Shown: one piece after another, positions 13,519-22,953 of the stretch
How positions within the stretch are numbered: position 1 is the first letter of the stretch
How the letters are laid out: every line of letters begins with the position of its first letter
Source of the DNA: Rhodospirillales bacterium
GTDB taxonomy: Bacteria; Pseudomonadota; Alphaproteobacteria; Bin95
NCBI GenBank assembly: GCA_038143065.1
Contig: JAYQLI010000035.1
Coordinates: 160,001-224,000, forward strand
Direction of reading: 5' to 3'
DNA length: 64,000 nucleotides
The notes under the pieces: model-generated
Told to the model about the DNA's origin: nothing
Seen by the model: the letters and a program-made list of their open reading frames with translations, nothing else
Databases searched by the model: none
Program-made: the position numbers and the translations under genes

Positions 13519-16302
13519 GTGACTAACACCGGAGCTTCGAGTAATAGCGACACTCCGCGTCACGTTTATCTCATTGACGGGTCGGGCTTTATTTTTAGAG
13601 CATTCCACGCTCTACCGCCGATGAATCGCCAGGATGGCACGCCTGTGAATGCCGTGTTTGGCTTTTGCAATATGCTCATGAAGATGATTGATACCGCTGA
13701 TGCTGATTGTATAGCGGTAATCTTTGACACTGCTCGAACAACATTTAGGAATGAAATATATGCCGATTATAAAGCTAATCGGGATGCTCCTCCTGAAGAA
13801 CTCGTTCCCCAGTTTGAAATTGTTCGAGAAGCCACCCGAGCGTATGGACTGCCAGCTCTAGAGCTTCCTGGTTACGAAGCTGATGATTTAATTGCCACCT
13901 ATGCTCGGATGGGGCGAGAGGTAGGCGCTAAAGTTACCATCGTTTCTTCCGATAAAGACCTCATGCAGTTGGTTGACGATCAAGTGCAGATGCTTGACCC
14001 AATGAAAATGACCATGATTGGAAGTGCTGAAGTTATTGAAAAATTCGGCGTTAGTCCAAACAAGGTTGTGGAAGTTCAGTCGTTGGCTGGTGACAGTACG
14101 GATAATGTCCCTGGGGTGCCTGGTATTGGCATAAAGACAGCTGCTTTACTCATCAATGAGTTTGGTGATTTAGAAACTTTGTTGGAGCGTGCTGGTGAAA
14201 TCAAGCAGCCTAAGCGTCGGCAGAATTTAATCGACTTCGCTGAACAGGCCAGAATTTCTCGGAAACTAGTGACGCTAGATGACCATTCTCCTGTTGAAGC
14301 AAGTCTTGCCGATATGGCTAAGCGAGAGCCCGAGCCTCAAGTGCTCTTAGATTTCTTAAAAAGTCAGGGTTTCAATTCAATATTTTCCAAGGTCGAGGCT
14401 TTTCTTGCAGGTGAAGGAAAGATTGAACTCGCTGAGTCCAAAGACCCTGAACCAGTTGAAAATAATTATGAACTTATTCAAACAGAGGCAGCGCTCGATG
14501 AATGGATTGCTGCAGCCCGCGCACAGCATCTGATTGCCGTCGATACAGAGACAACTTCCCTCGATGCACAACAGGCCAGTCTTGTCGGCGTTAGTCTAGC
14601 ATTGTCTCCTGGAAGAGCCTGTTACATCCCACTTGGACACCGTGGTCCCTTGCCTGAGGGTGAGCTTAATCTGGGAGGTGAGCTCTCTGAACTTCCTGAT
14701 CAAATACCCCTGTCCATTGCAATGCCTAAGCTGAGGGAACTCTTCGAAGACCCTTCCGTGCTGAAGGTTGGCCAAAATTTAAAATATGACATGGGTATTC
14801 TCGCTAAGCATGGCATTAATCTAAGTCCAATAGATGATGTTATGCTGCTTTCCTTTGTCTTAGATGCCGGGTTACATGGCCATGGCATGGATGAGTTGGC
14901 CCGTTTTCACCTCGATTATGAAACAATTAAATTCACGGACGTGGCCGGTAAAGGGAAGGATCAGGTTAGCTTTGACCAAGTTCCTTTAGACAAGGCACTG
15001 TCCTATGCTGCCGAAGATGCGGATGTGACCTTGAGGCTTTATCAGCTGCTTAAGCCCCGTATTATAAAAGACAGGTTGGCTTTTGTTTATGGGGGGATTG
15101 AGCGTCCATTAGCGCCAGTTTTAGCCTCAATGGAAGCGGCGGGTGTTCTCGTTGACAAAGCGCGGCTTGAACAACTTTCATCCGATTTTGGGTTGCGTCT
15201 TATTTCTCTTGAAGCTCAAATTCATAAGCTGGCCGGTCGGGAATTTAATGTTGGGAGTCCTAAGCAATTAGGAGAGATACTCTTTGATGAAATGGGGCTA
15301 AAGGGCGGTAAGAAGGGTAAAACCGGAGCCTGGTCAACAGACTCAAATGTTTTAGAAAGTCTAGCTGCGGAAGGCCATGAGTTGCCAACGCAGGTGTTGG
15401 ATTGGCGGCAAATTCAAAAGCTTAAATCAACTTATGCTGATGCATTACAAACGTATATCAATCCAACTACTGGGCGCATTCACACCTCGTTTGCTATGAC
15501 AGGTGCGGCCACTGGGCGGCTTTCGTCTAGTGACCCAAACCTACAAAACATTCCTATTCGGACCGAGGAAGGCAGAAAACTTCGAAGTGCGTTTGTTGCC
15601 TCAAAAGGTTCAATGCTTATATCGGCTGACTACTCCCAAATTGAATTGCGGCTTTTGGCCCACGTAGCTGATATTTTGGAACTTAAGAATGCCTTTTCTG
15701 AAGGTGTGGATATTCATGCTTCTACAGCTGCCCTTGTGTTTGGCGGTGAGCCGGAGTCAATCGATCCAGATCTTAGGAGAAAGGCAAAGGCAATCAATTT
15801 TGGAATTATTTATGGAATCAGTGCGTTTGGTTTAGCTCGCCAACTTGGTGTGCCGCAGGGAGATGCAAGAGATTTTATAGAAGCTTACTTCGACCGATAC
15901 CCTGGGGTTAAGGCCTACATGGATCGGGCTAAGTCTTTCGCTCATGAGCATGGTTTCGTAACAACCTGCTTTGGTCGGCGGATATGGACTCCAGGTATTG
16001 CTGACAAGAACCCAGCAAGAAGAGGATTTCAGGAGAGAGCAGCTATAAATGCTCCGCTTCAGGGGGCGGCTGCGGACATTATCAAAATCGCTATGGCCAA
16101 GATGCAGGATGCGCTGGATCGTGCTGGTTTAGCAGCGAAAATGATCCTGCAGGTACATGACGAATTATTATTTGAAGCCCCTGATAGTGAGGTAGATCAA
16201 ACTGCCAGGGTTGTGCGTGAGGTCATGCAGTCTGCGGTTAGTCTCTCTGTTCCATTACTCGTTGAGACAGGTGTTGCCAAAACCTGGGCTGAAGCTCATT
16301 AA
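13519..16302 (+). CDS. polA: DNA polymerase I
   Basis: 5'-3' exonuclease (LIDGSGFIFRAFHA, YEADD), 3'-5' exonuclease (DTETT), and polymerase motifs A/B/C (ADYSQIELR, AKAINFGIIYG, QVHDEL). Confidence 0.99.
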   Translation: MTNTGASSNSDTPRHVYLIDGSGFIFRAFHALPPMNRQDGTPVNAVFGFCNMLMKMIDTADADCIAVIFDTARTTFRNEIYADYKANRDAPPEELVPQFEIVREATRAYGLPALELPGYEADDLIATYARMGREVGAKVTIVSSDKDLMQLVDDQVQMLDPMKMTMIGSAEVIEKFGVSPNKVVEVQSLAGDSTDNVPGVPGIGIKTAALLINEFGDLETLLERAGEIKQPKRRQNLIDFAEQARISRKLVTLDDHSPVEASLADMAKREPEPQVLLDFLKSQGFNSIFSKVEAFLAGEGKIELAESKDPEPVENNYELIQTEAALDEWIAAARAQHLIAVDTETTSLDAQQASLVGVSLALSPGRACYIPLGHRGPLPEGELNLGGELSELPDQIPLSIAMPKLRELFEDPSVLKVGQNLKYDMGILAKHGINLSPIDDVMLLSFVLDAGLHGHGMDELARFHLDYETIKFTDVAGKGKDQVSFDQVPLDKALSYAAEDADVTLRLYQLLKPRIIKDRLAFVYGGIERPLAPVLASMEAAGVLVDKARLEQLSSDFGLRLISLEAQIHKLAGREFNVGSPKQLGEILFDEMGLKGGKKGKTGAWSTDSNVLESLAAEGHELPTQVLDWRQIQKLKSTYADALQTYINPTTGRIHTSFAMTGAATGRLSSSDPNLQNIPIRTEEGRKLRSAFVASKGSMLISADYSQIELRLLAHVADILELKNAFSEGVDIHASTAALVFGGEPESIDPDLRRKAKAINFGIIYGISAFGLARQLGVPQGDARDFIEAYFDRYPGVKAYMDRAKSFAHEHGFVTTCFGRRIWTPGIADKNPARRGFQERAAINAPLQGAAADIIKIAMAKMQDALDRAGLAAKMILQVHDELLFEAPDSEVDQTARVVREVMQSAVSLSVPLLVETGVAKTWAEAH

Positions 16303-16314
16303 CAAGCGCTTTGT

Positions 16315-16480
16315 AGAAAATTTTTTTTCTCTATAATATATATTAAATAAGTAATATTCAAATATGCAAGACTATATTATTATGTATGCAGTATAATAAA
16401 TAATGAAAAATACTTTTAATAGGTATCAAAATTTTTATATTTATAAATAAAAAATATAAATTAAATTTATAAATAGATTG
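16315..16480. other. Extremely AT-rich intergenic tract
   Basis: About 19 G/C in the 160 nt of 16321-16480 by hand count. Contains ATTTATAAAT palindromes. Confidence 0.85.
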
Positions 16481-16570
16481 TTGCGTCATGCACTAAAAAA
16501 TGTCAGCTTTTGATTAATTGTCAACGGCGCAATTTTCCAAATTTGCGTTTATCTTTGGAGATAGGTCATT

Positions 16571-17049
16571 ATGGCCTCTGACAGCACCAAAACCCCTTGG
16601 GTTAAGACTAACCGTGGCGTTGCCACGTGCATGACGATATTTTTTCTAGTCCTCCTTGGATATCTCTTCTCGCAGGATTGGGTCTATCAAACTCAGCGGG
16701 ACGGATTTCGTCTTGGTTTTTTCACGGTGGTGGCAGCGCTAGCGATGCTTATCTGTAGCGTCGTTATGATATTTGACCGTTTTAAAGATGATACAACCCC
16801 CGAAATACTAGGGTTAAGGGCTAGGCATTGGCTCAGAGTATTGCTTGTTCTAGCTATATGTTACGCTTATTTTTACTTAGCGTGGAACATAGATTTTCTG
16901 ATCATTTCGCCAGTCTTTTTGGCATTTTCCACTTATATGCTGGGTGTCCGGCCAGTTTCATCCGCGATCGTCTCAGGTGTTATTGTAGGTTGTGTGATTT
17001 TTTTCTTTTCAAATTGATTGGCATTGAATTGCCGAGCATGTTTTTCTAG
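16571..17049 (+). CDS. Tripartite tricarboxylate transporter small membrane subunit, TctB-like (indel in T-run near 17000)
   Basis: Four to five hydrophobic segments. C-terminus LFKLIGIELP is in a shifted frame. Lies directly upstream of TctA. Confidence 0.75.
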
Positions 17050-17067
17050 AGGCCGGAGTTAAGCAAA

Positions 17068-18642
17068 ATGATAGATTTTGATGCACTCCAACAGGCCATA
17101 ACTATGGTCTTCACATTCAACACGATGCTTTGGTTAGCGATTGGCGTAACGATTGGTGTTGGTGTTGGCGCGATGCCAGGCCTTACAGCAACGACAGGTG
17201 TTGCCCTGATGCTTCCCCTTACTTTTACTATGGACCAAGCTGCCGCTTTAGGACTGCTAATTGGCCTTTATAAAGGGGCAATTTACGGAGGATCAATTTC
17301 AGCAATAAGCTTTGCCACGCCTGGCACATCAGAAGCCGCCGCAACCGTGTTTGATGGCCATAAGCTAATGCGCCGCGGAAAGGGAAAAAAGGCATTATTA
17401 ACTGCACTTTACGCTTCTGTAACAGCAGATTTTCTATCAGATTTAATTACCATATTGATCGCGCCGATGTTGGCATTAGTTGCTTTGCAATTTGGACCCT
17501 CTGAACGTTTTTGGCTGATGGTACTGGCCGTTTGCTTGTTAGGTGCGCTCTCAGGAGCACATTTTGCAAAAGGAATGCTTTCAGCTGCTCTTGGGCTCTT
17601 TATTGGAACTGTAGGCGCAGATCCTGTCTCTTCAATTCCGCGCAATACATTTGATCTTTGGTGGCTGGCTGATGGAGTGCACTTAATTCCCTTGGTTGTT
17701 GGTATCTTCGCAATGGGTGCTATGCTTGAAAAAGTCATTGAGATTTCAAGTGTTAAACAAAAAGCCCAACGACTAGGCGGTACGTTGAAAGGCTTATTCT
17801 CCATGGGCGGGGAAGGTCTTACCTTCCGCGAATACCTCTCTTGCTGGAAAGAAATGTCGATTGGACTTGGAGTTGGATCCTTTGTTGGAATGCTCCCAGG
17901 ATTAGGTTCAACAGTAGGGGCTTTCTTGTCCTATGGAATTGCAAAGCAGGTATCGCCGCACAAAAAAATAGGTACAGGAAAGATCGAGGGTGTGGCTGCA
18001 GCAGAGGCGGGTAATAATGCAACTGTGGGCCCAACTCTTGTTCCGCTGCTAGCCTTTGGTATTCCGGGCAGTGCAGTTGCAGCACTGCTTGGAGCAGCGC
18101 TCATGCTGCAAGGTGCTACCCCTGGCCCACGTATGTTTGAGCTTTATCCAGCACTCATTTACTCCCTATTTTTGGTCTTGTTGCTGGGTAATATTTTCAA
18201 TCTAGGCATTGGACGGATTTTTGCATTTGTCTACGCTAAGCTGGGAGAATTGCCGGCGCCACTTTTGGTGCCGATTGTGATGCTAATGGCGGTCATAGGA
18301 GCCTATTCCTATGAAAATAATCCTTATGATGTGCTGATCATGTTGTTCTTCGGTGTGGTTGGACTTTTTATGCGAACCTTCCGCATTCCAGAAGCTCCTT
18401 TGATCATTACATTCTTGCTAGCGCCCCAGGCAGAAGAAAATCTTCGACGCGGACTCCTCATAAACGAGGGTGACTGGTTTGCTACACTGATGAATAGCCC
18501 ACTCGCCATTGGGTTGGCTATTGGAGTTGTATTATTGACGTACATTTCGTCTCGGATCCGAATTTCCGAGCGAATGATGGAGATGTCGGAGGAACAAATG
18601 GCAGAGGATGAAAAAGCTCCTCCCAATCGTTCCAATGGCTAA
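17068..18642 (+). CDS. tctA: Tripartite tricarboxylate transporter permease TctA family
   Basis: GAMPGLTATTGVALMLP, YGGSISAI...PGT and EGVAAAEAGNNA...PLLAFGIPGS repeat motifs. Confidence 0.93.
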   Translation: MIDFDALQQAITMVFTFNTMLWLAIGVTIGVGVGAMPGLTATTGVALMLPLTFTMDQAAALGLLIGLYKGAIYGGSISAISFATPGTSEAAATVFDGHKLMRRGKGKKALLTALYASVTADFLSDLITILIAPMLALVALQFGPSERFWLMVLAVCLLGALSGAHFAKGMLSAALGLFIGTVGADPVSSIPRNTFDLWWLADGVHLIPLVVGIFAMGAMLEKVIEISSVKQKAQRLGGTLKGLFSMGGEGLTFREYLSCWKEMSIGLGVGSFVGMLPGLGSTVGAFLSYGIAKQVSPHKKIGTGKIEGVAAAEAGNNATVGPTLVPLLAFGIPGSAVAALLGAALMLQGATPGPRMFELYPALIYSLFLVLLLGNIFNLGIGRIFAFVYAKLGELPAPLLVPIVMLMAVIGAYSYENNPYDVLIMLFFGVVGLFMRTFRIPEAPLIITFLLAPQAEENLRRGLLINEGDWFATLMNSPLAIGLAIGVVLLTYISSRIRISERMMEMSEEQMAEDEKAPPNRSNG

Positions 18643-18693
18643 CTGAGGGCATAAATGTCACGACCCTCACTAGAACATGGAGGAAGGAAGTTT

Positions 18694-19662
18694 ATGAAAT
18701 TTTTTACGAAATCAGCTCTGGCTCTGGCCGGTGCTACTGCATTGGCAATGGCTGCTCCAAGCCTGTCATTTGCTGATAGTTATCCATCAGCAACAATCAA
18801 AACAATTGTGCCGTTTGGTGCCGGTGGTGGAACCGATCGATGGGCTCGGGTAATGTCATCCGGCGCATTTGATGTATTTGGCCATGGTATGCACGGCCAA
18901 AATAGAGGTGGTGCAGGTGGAACCATTGGCTGGAAGTATATGATGGATGGAAAGGCCGACGGCCATTCGATCCTGTTAGCCAGTCCCACACCAGTTATGG
19001 CTGCATTAATGGAGAAAAAGCCTCCGTATGATCCTACTAACATTAAGGTGCCGGCTTATTATTCAGTGATGAAGCCCACACTTGTTGGACCAAAAAATAA
19101 GCCGTACAGCACTTGGGAAGGACTGGTTGCATATCTTAAAGACAGTAATAACAAAAAACTGAGCATCGGTGGCACCATGACCCAGTTACTTGGGCCAGCT
19201 AGTCTTTTAGCGCAATTGGGGCTCGAAAAACGTGTGATTTTGGTCCCCTACAGTGGTACAGGGAAAGCCGTTAACGACTACCTCGGTGGTCATATCTCTC
19301 TTGTTAATGTAACGACCTCAACTGCAAAGGGCCTTGCAAAGGACCACGCGGTAATTGTTAATTCTACTGATTTGGATTATCCCAAAGCAGCTCAGAAAGC
19401 CCTTGCCGGTGTTCCAAACGCTAAATCATTGGGCCTAAAGCCTTTCAATCCTCCTCGTTTTGTGGCGATGCACCCGGATACACCGGATGATCAGGTTAAA
19501 ATGATGGGTGAAAAAATCGGAGAGCTGCTGAAAAATAAATCAGTAGCTAAGCTGGTTGGAAAGTTAGGTGAAGATGTCGTTTATGTAGGACCTGATAAGG
19601 CGCAAGCTCAGTATCAACAGGTGCTAGACGAGGCTAAAAAGTACCTCCCACTTTTCCAGTAA
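18694..19662 (+). CDS. TTT substrate-binding protein (TctC/Bug family)
   Basis: Signal peptide, IVPFGAGGGTDRWAR, NRGGAGGTIG, ADGHSILL and VPYSGTG. Confidence 0.9.
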   Translation: MKFFTKSALALAGATALAMAAPSLSFADSYPSATIKTIVPFGAGGGTDRWARVMSSGAFDVFGHGMHGQNRGGAGGTIGWKYMMDGKADGHSILLASPTPVMAALMEKKPPYDPTNIKVPAYYSVMKPTLVGPKNKPYSTWEGLVAYLKDSNNKKLSIGGTMTQLLGPASLLAQLGLEKRVILVPYSGTGKAVNDYLGGHISLVNVTTSTAKGLAKDHAVIVNSTDLDYPKAAQKALAGVPNAKSLGLKPFNPPRFVAMHPDTPDDQVKMMGEKIGELLKNKSVAKLVGKLGEDVVYVGPDKAQAQYQQVLDEAKKYLPLFQ

Positions 19663-19684
19663 AAATCATTATCATATGATGTCT

Positions 19685-19717
19685 AGAGTCCGGGTCGTCA
19701 GGCCCGGACTTTTTTTA
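19685..19717 (+). terminator. Rho-independent terminator after the TTT operon
   Basis: AGAGTCCGGGTC-GTCA-GGCCCGGACTTT followed by a T run. Confidence 0.85.
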
Positions 19718-19824
19718 TTCAGTATCTATAAAATCAAGCTTCCGGTTCAGGTACTTTAGGGGGCTGACCAAAAATTGAAGTTGCCTTAGGATTGGATCAT
19801 CAGAACACAAGGACCAGCGCACCG

Positions 19825-20990
19825 ATGGATTTCGAACTCAGCGAAGAGCAAAAAATGATAGTCGACATGTGTCGGCGATTTATCAGGGAAGAAATTTTAC
19901 CACTAGAAGATAAACTTGACCCTGATGCTGATGAGTTGGAACCAGAGGATTTTACTCGCCTCAGTCAGATAACAAAGGATATGGGCCTCTTTGGCCTTGA
20001 TACTCCACCTGAATTTGGTGGCCCTGACATCAACTTGTTAACCAGGACGCTGATTGCTTTTGAAATTTCGCAACATCGGGCTGGCCTCTATGCTCCAAGT
20101 TACAATGTTTTTGGTGGCGCTAGCCAAGCTCAGCTTTTTGAGGCGACAGACGCACAAAAAGAAAAATATTTGTACCCGATGCTTCGTGGTGAGAAGAAAG
20201 TCTTCTTTGGTCTTTCTGAACCCTCCGGTGGCTCGGATCCTGCACGTGCGATCCAGACTAGGGCGGGGCGTGATGGAGATGACTGGATTATCAATGGTCA
20301 AAAGTTATGGATTAGCGGGGCTGACAAAGCTGACTATGGCCTAGTTTTTGCCAGGACTGATCCAAGTAAAGGCCGTGGGGTGTAACGTGTTTTATTGTCG
20401 ATGCGGATACACCCGGTTTCCACGTGCGCCGCATCGTGCACACCCTTCGTTCCTCTCGCTATGCAACTGAGCTGCAGTTCGAAGATATGCGGGTCCCGCA
20501 TGAAAATATTTTAGGCGAAGAGGGGGGTGGTTTTGCTATTGCCAATGACCGCTTATCCCGTCAGCGCATACCATATGCGGCTGCTTGTGTATCTGTTGCG
20601 ATTGCTGCCCACGAACGTGCGATTGAATATGCGAAAATTCGAGAAACCTTTGGTGCAACATTAGCTTCGCGACAGGGCATCCAGTGGATGTTGGTCGAGA
20701 ATGAGATTGATATCCGTCAGGCCCGATTAATGTGTCTTGAGGCAGCTGCTAAGGCCGACGCCGGAGTGCCATTTCGAACTGAGGCGGCAATTGCGAAGTA
20801 TGTAGCAGCAGAGAGTTCCTTCCGTGTTGTTGATCGGTCTATGCAAATTCATGGTGGTCTTGGCGTTGCAAAAGACCTCCCATTTGAACGCTGGTTCCGG
20901 GAAATGCGAATTAGACGCATTGGTGAAGGACCTAGTGAAGTTCAAAAACACGTAATTGCTCGTGACATACTAGGGGCTGGTCTCCGATGA
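19825..20990 (+). CDS. Acyl-CoA dehydrogenase (indel near 20380)
   Basis: MDFELSEEQ start, FGLSEPSGGSDPA, INGQKLWISGA, QIHGGLG and RIGEGPSEV. Confidence 0.92.
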
Positions 20991-22204
20991 TTGATGCGCC
21001 GTTCGATGATGAGGGAACCTGGCCACTCAAAGGAGTGAAAGTGCTTGATATGGGCCAGGTTTATAACGGGCCTTATGCAGGAATGCTGATGGCACAAGCA
21101 GGAGCCGATGTTGTAAAGGTTGAGCCATTAGAAGGAGAGGCGCTTAGGTCTCGCGGTGGCGGTAAAACACCGTTGGCTCATGTGATGCTTAATGCTGGGA
21201 AGCGAGGCGTGGCTATCAATTTAAAGTCTGATAAAGGACGCGCGGTATTCCTAGATCTCGTTAAAAAATCTGATGTGCTTTTAGAAAATTTTGCACCAGG
21301 TGCCATGGAGCGTTTAGGACTGGGATCCACAACCCTGCTCCAGCACAACCCGCGCCTAATTTATGGCTCTTCAACCGGGTACGGAGCCTGGGGGCCAGAC
21401 ATGAATAACTTAGCCATGGATCTTACCATCCAGGCATACTCGGGAATTATGAGTATAAATGGCCCCTGTGACGGTCCCCCACTTAAGGCAGGGCTTGCAG
21501 TTGTTGATTTTCTCGGTGGGGTACATCTTTACAGTGCCTTGGTAACAGCACTTTATGAGCGCTCCATTTCTGGAAAGGGACGAGTTGTAGAGGTTGCAAT
21601 GCAGGAAACTGCACTTACAGCGCTAGCCACTTCTTTTACAGCTATGCAAATGGCTGGAGGGTCTCAACCGCCTCGGCGTGGCAATAATCATCCCGCAGGA
21701 ACTGGGGCGCCATATAATGTGTACCCCTGTGCCGATGGTCATGTCGCTATTATTGTAGTGCGTGACAGTCATTGGCAATCTCTCGTTAAAGCAGCTGGTC
21801 TTCCCGAACTTGCGGATGATCCACGTTTCCAGCTTGGGCCAGATAGAGCGCAACGCGAAGCAGAGGTGGATTCTATTATTGGATCATGGACATCGAAATT
21901 ATCGAAATACGAAGTTGCTCGTATATGTAAAGAGCAGCGAGTGCCTGCAGCACCCGTACGTGAAATGCCAGAGGTTGTTAAGGATGGGCCTTTGCATGAG
22001 CGTGGAGCTCTTTTTGATATTACTGACGATGAATTAGGAGATGCTACGGTTCCTGGTTCACCACTTCGTTTTCACGGTTCGCCTCGTCCTACATGGCGTC
22101 CTAATCCAAAAATTGGTGAGCATACCGAGGAAATACTTAGCGATTGGTTGGGCCTATCACGTGATGAGGCAATGGCCCTGAAAGCTTCGGGTTCCATAGC
22201 TTAA
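20987..22204 (+). CDS. Class III CoA transferase (CaiB/BaiF family)
   Basis: PLKGVKVLD, GADVVKVEP, DVLLENFAPG and LAMDLTIQA. ATGA overlap with the upstream gene. Confidence 0.93.
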   Translation: MIDAPFDDEGTWPLKGVKVLDMGQVYNGPYAGMLMAQAGADVVKVEPLEGEALRSRGGGKTPLAHVMLNAGKRGVAINLKSDKGRAVFLDLVKKSDVLLENFAPGAMERLGLGSTTLLQHNPRLIYGSSTGYGAWGPDMNNLAMDLTIQAYSGIMSINGPCDGPPLKAGLAVVDFLGGVHLYSALVTALYERSISGKGRVVEVAMQETALTALATSFTAMQMAGGSQPPRRGNNHPAGTGAPYNVYPCADGHVAIIVVRDSHWQSLVKAAGLPELADDPRFQLGPDRAQREAEVDSIIGSWTSKLSKYEVARICKEQRVPAAPVREMPEVVKDGPLHERGALFDITDDELGDATVPGSPLRFHGSPRPTWRPNPKIGEHTEEILSDWLGLSRDEAMALKASGSIA

Positions 22205-22246
22205 TTAGAAAAATTTTGACTGGGATGGCCAGGTTTCGAATACCGC

Positions 22247-22870
22247 TTAGCGTTCCATAAATGAAATTAGGCGATAAAATCCAACATTTAGATCTTTTTC
22301 AGAGCTTAGACCTGCAAAAATTGATGGGCGTAAATGACTAGCTGCAATTTGGCGTAGGGTTTCCTCATCAAGTGCCTCAATAACCATAATATGTTGTCCG
22401 GTGACACTCGCGTCTCCAGTTGCCTCGGCGTCAGCACGCCAGAGATAACCAGTTACTGCAAGAGGAACATCTATCGAAGTATTTAAAATTTCTGTCAGCA
22501 AAGTGGTCAATTTTTCTCCACCTTTTGCGCGCAGTACCAGGGCATTGGCTCCGTGCCCTCTGCCAACTCGACAGATTAACGGGCCGCAAAATCGCCCAAA
22601 GTCGCGAAATTGTGCCATTACCTTTTTTGACCAATTACTCTGGTCTGCCAAAATCGCTTTGTAGGTTGGCGTTGTGAGAGAATCTATGTTCTCGGTTTCG
22701 TAGTACGCAAAGTATTTCGGGGATGCATCAACTGCCATAAAACGAAATGCAGATTTAAACCCTGGCAAATCTACGCGTTCTGCCACGTGTTCATTCGTAT
22801 ACCAATCATTGAACTCAGCTTCTATTTCAACTGGAATATTCATTTGTGTTATCAGAACAGCGTTAGTCAT
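22247..22870 (-). CDS. Hypothetical protein, DUF4286/EthD-like dimeric alpha-beta barrel
   Basis: EAEFNDWYTNEHVAERVDLPGF and PKYFAYYE. Confidence 0.7.
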   Translation of the reverse strand: MTNAVLITQMNIPVEIEAEFNDWYTNEHVAERVDLPGFKSAFRFMAVDASPKYFAYYETENIDSLTTPTYKAILADQSNWSKKVMAQFRDFGRFCGPLICRVGRGHGANALVLRAKGGEKLTTLLTEILNTSIDVPLAVTGYLWRADAEATGDASVTGQHIMVIEALDEETLRQIAASHLRPSIFAGLSSEKDLNVGFYRLISFMER

Positions 22871-22953
22871 ATTTGATTTCCCCAGTTTAAATATCCATAT
22901 GCCCAGGATTGTTGTGCTATCACACTATAGTTCATGATGAAGGATTGGCACTA

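Noticed and set aside
16315-16480. AT-rich tract as oriC
   Set aside because: I saw no DnaA boxes, and there is no hemE, dnaA or parAB context.
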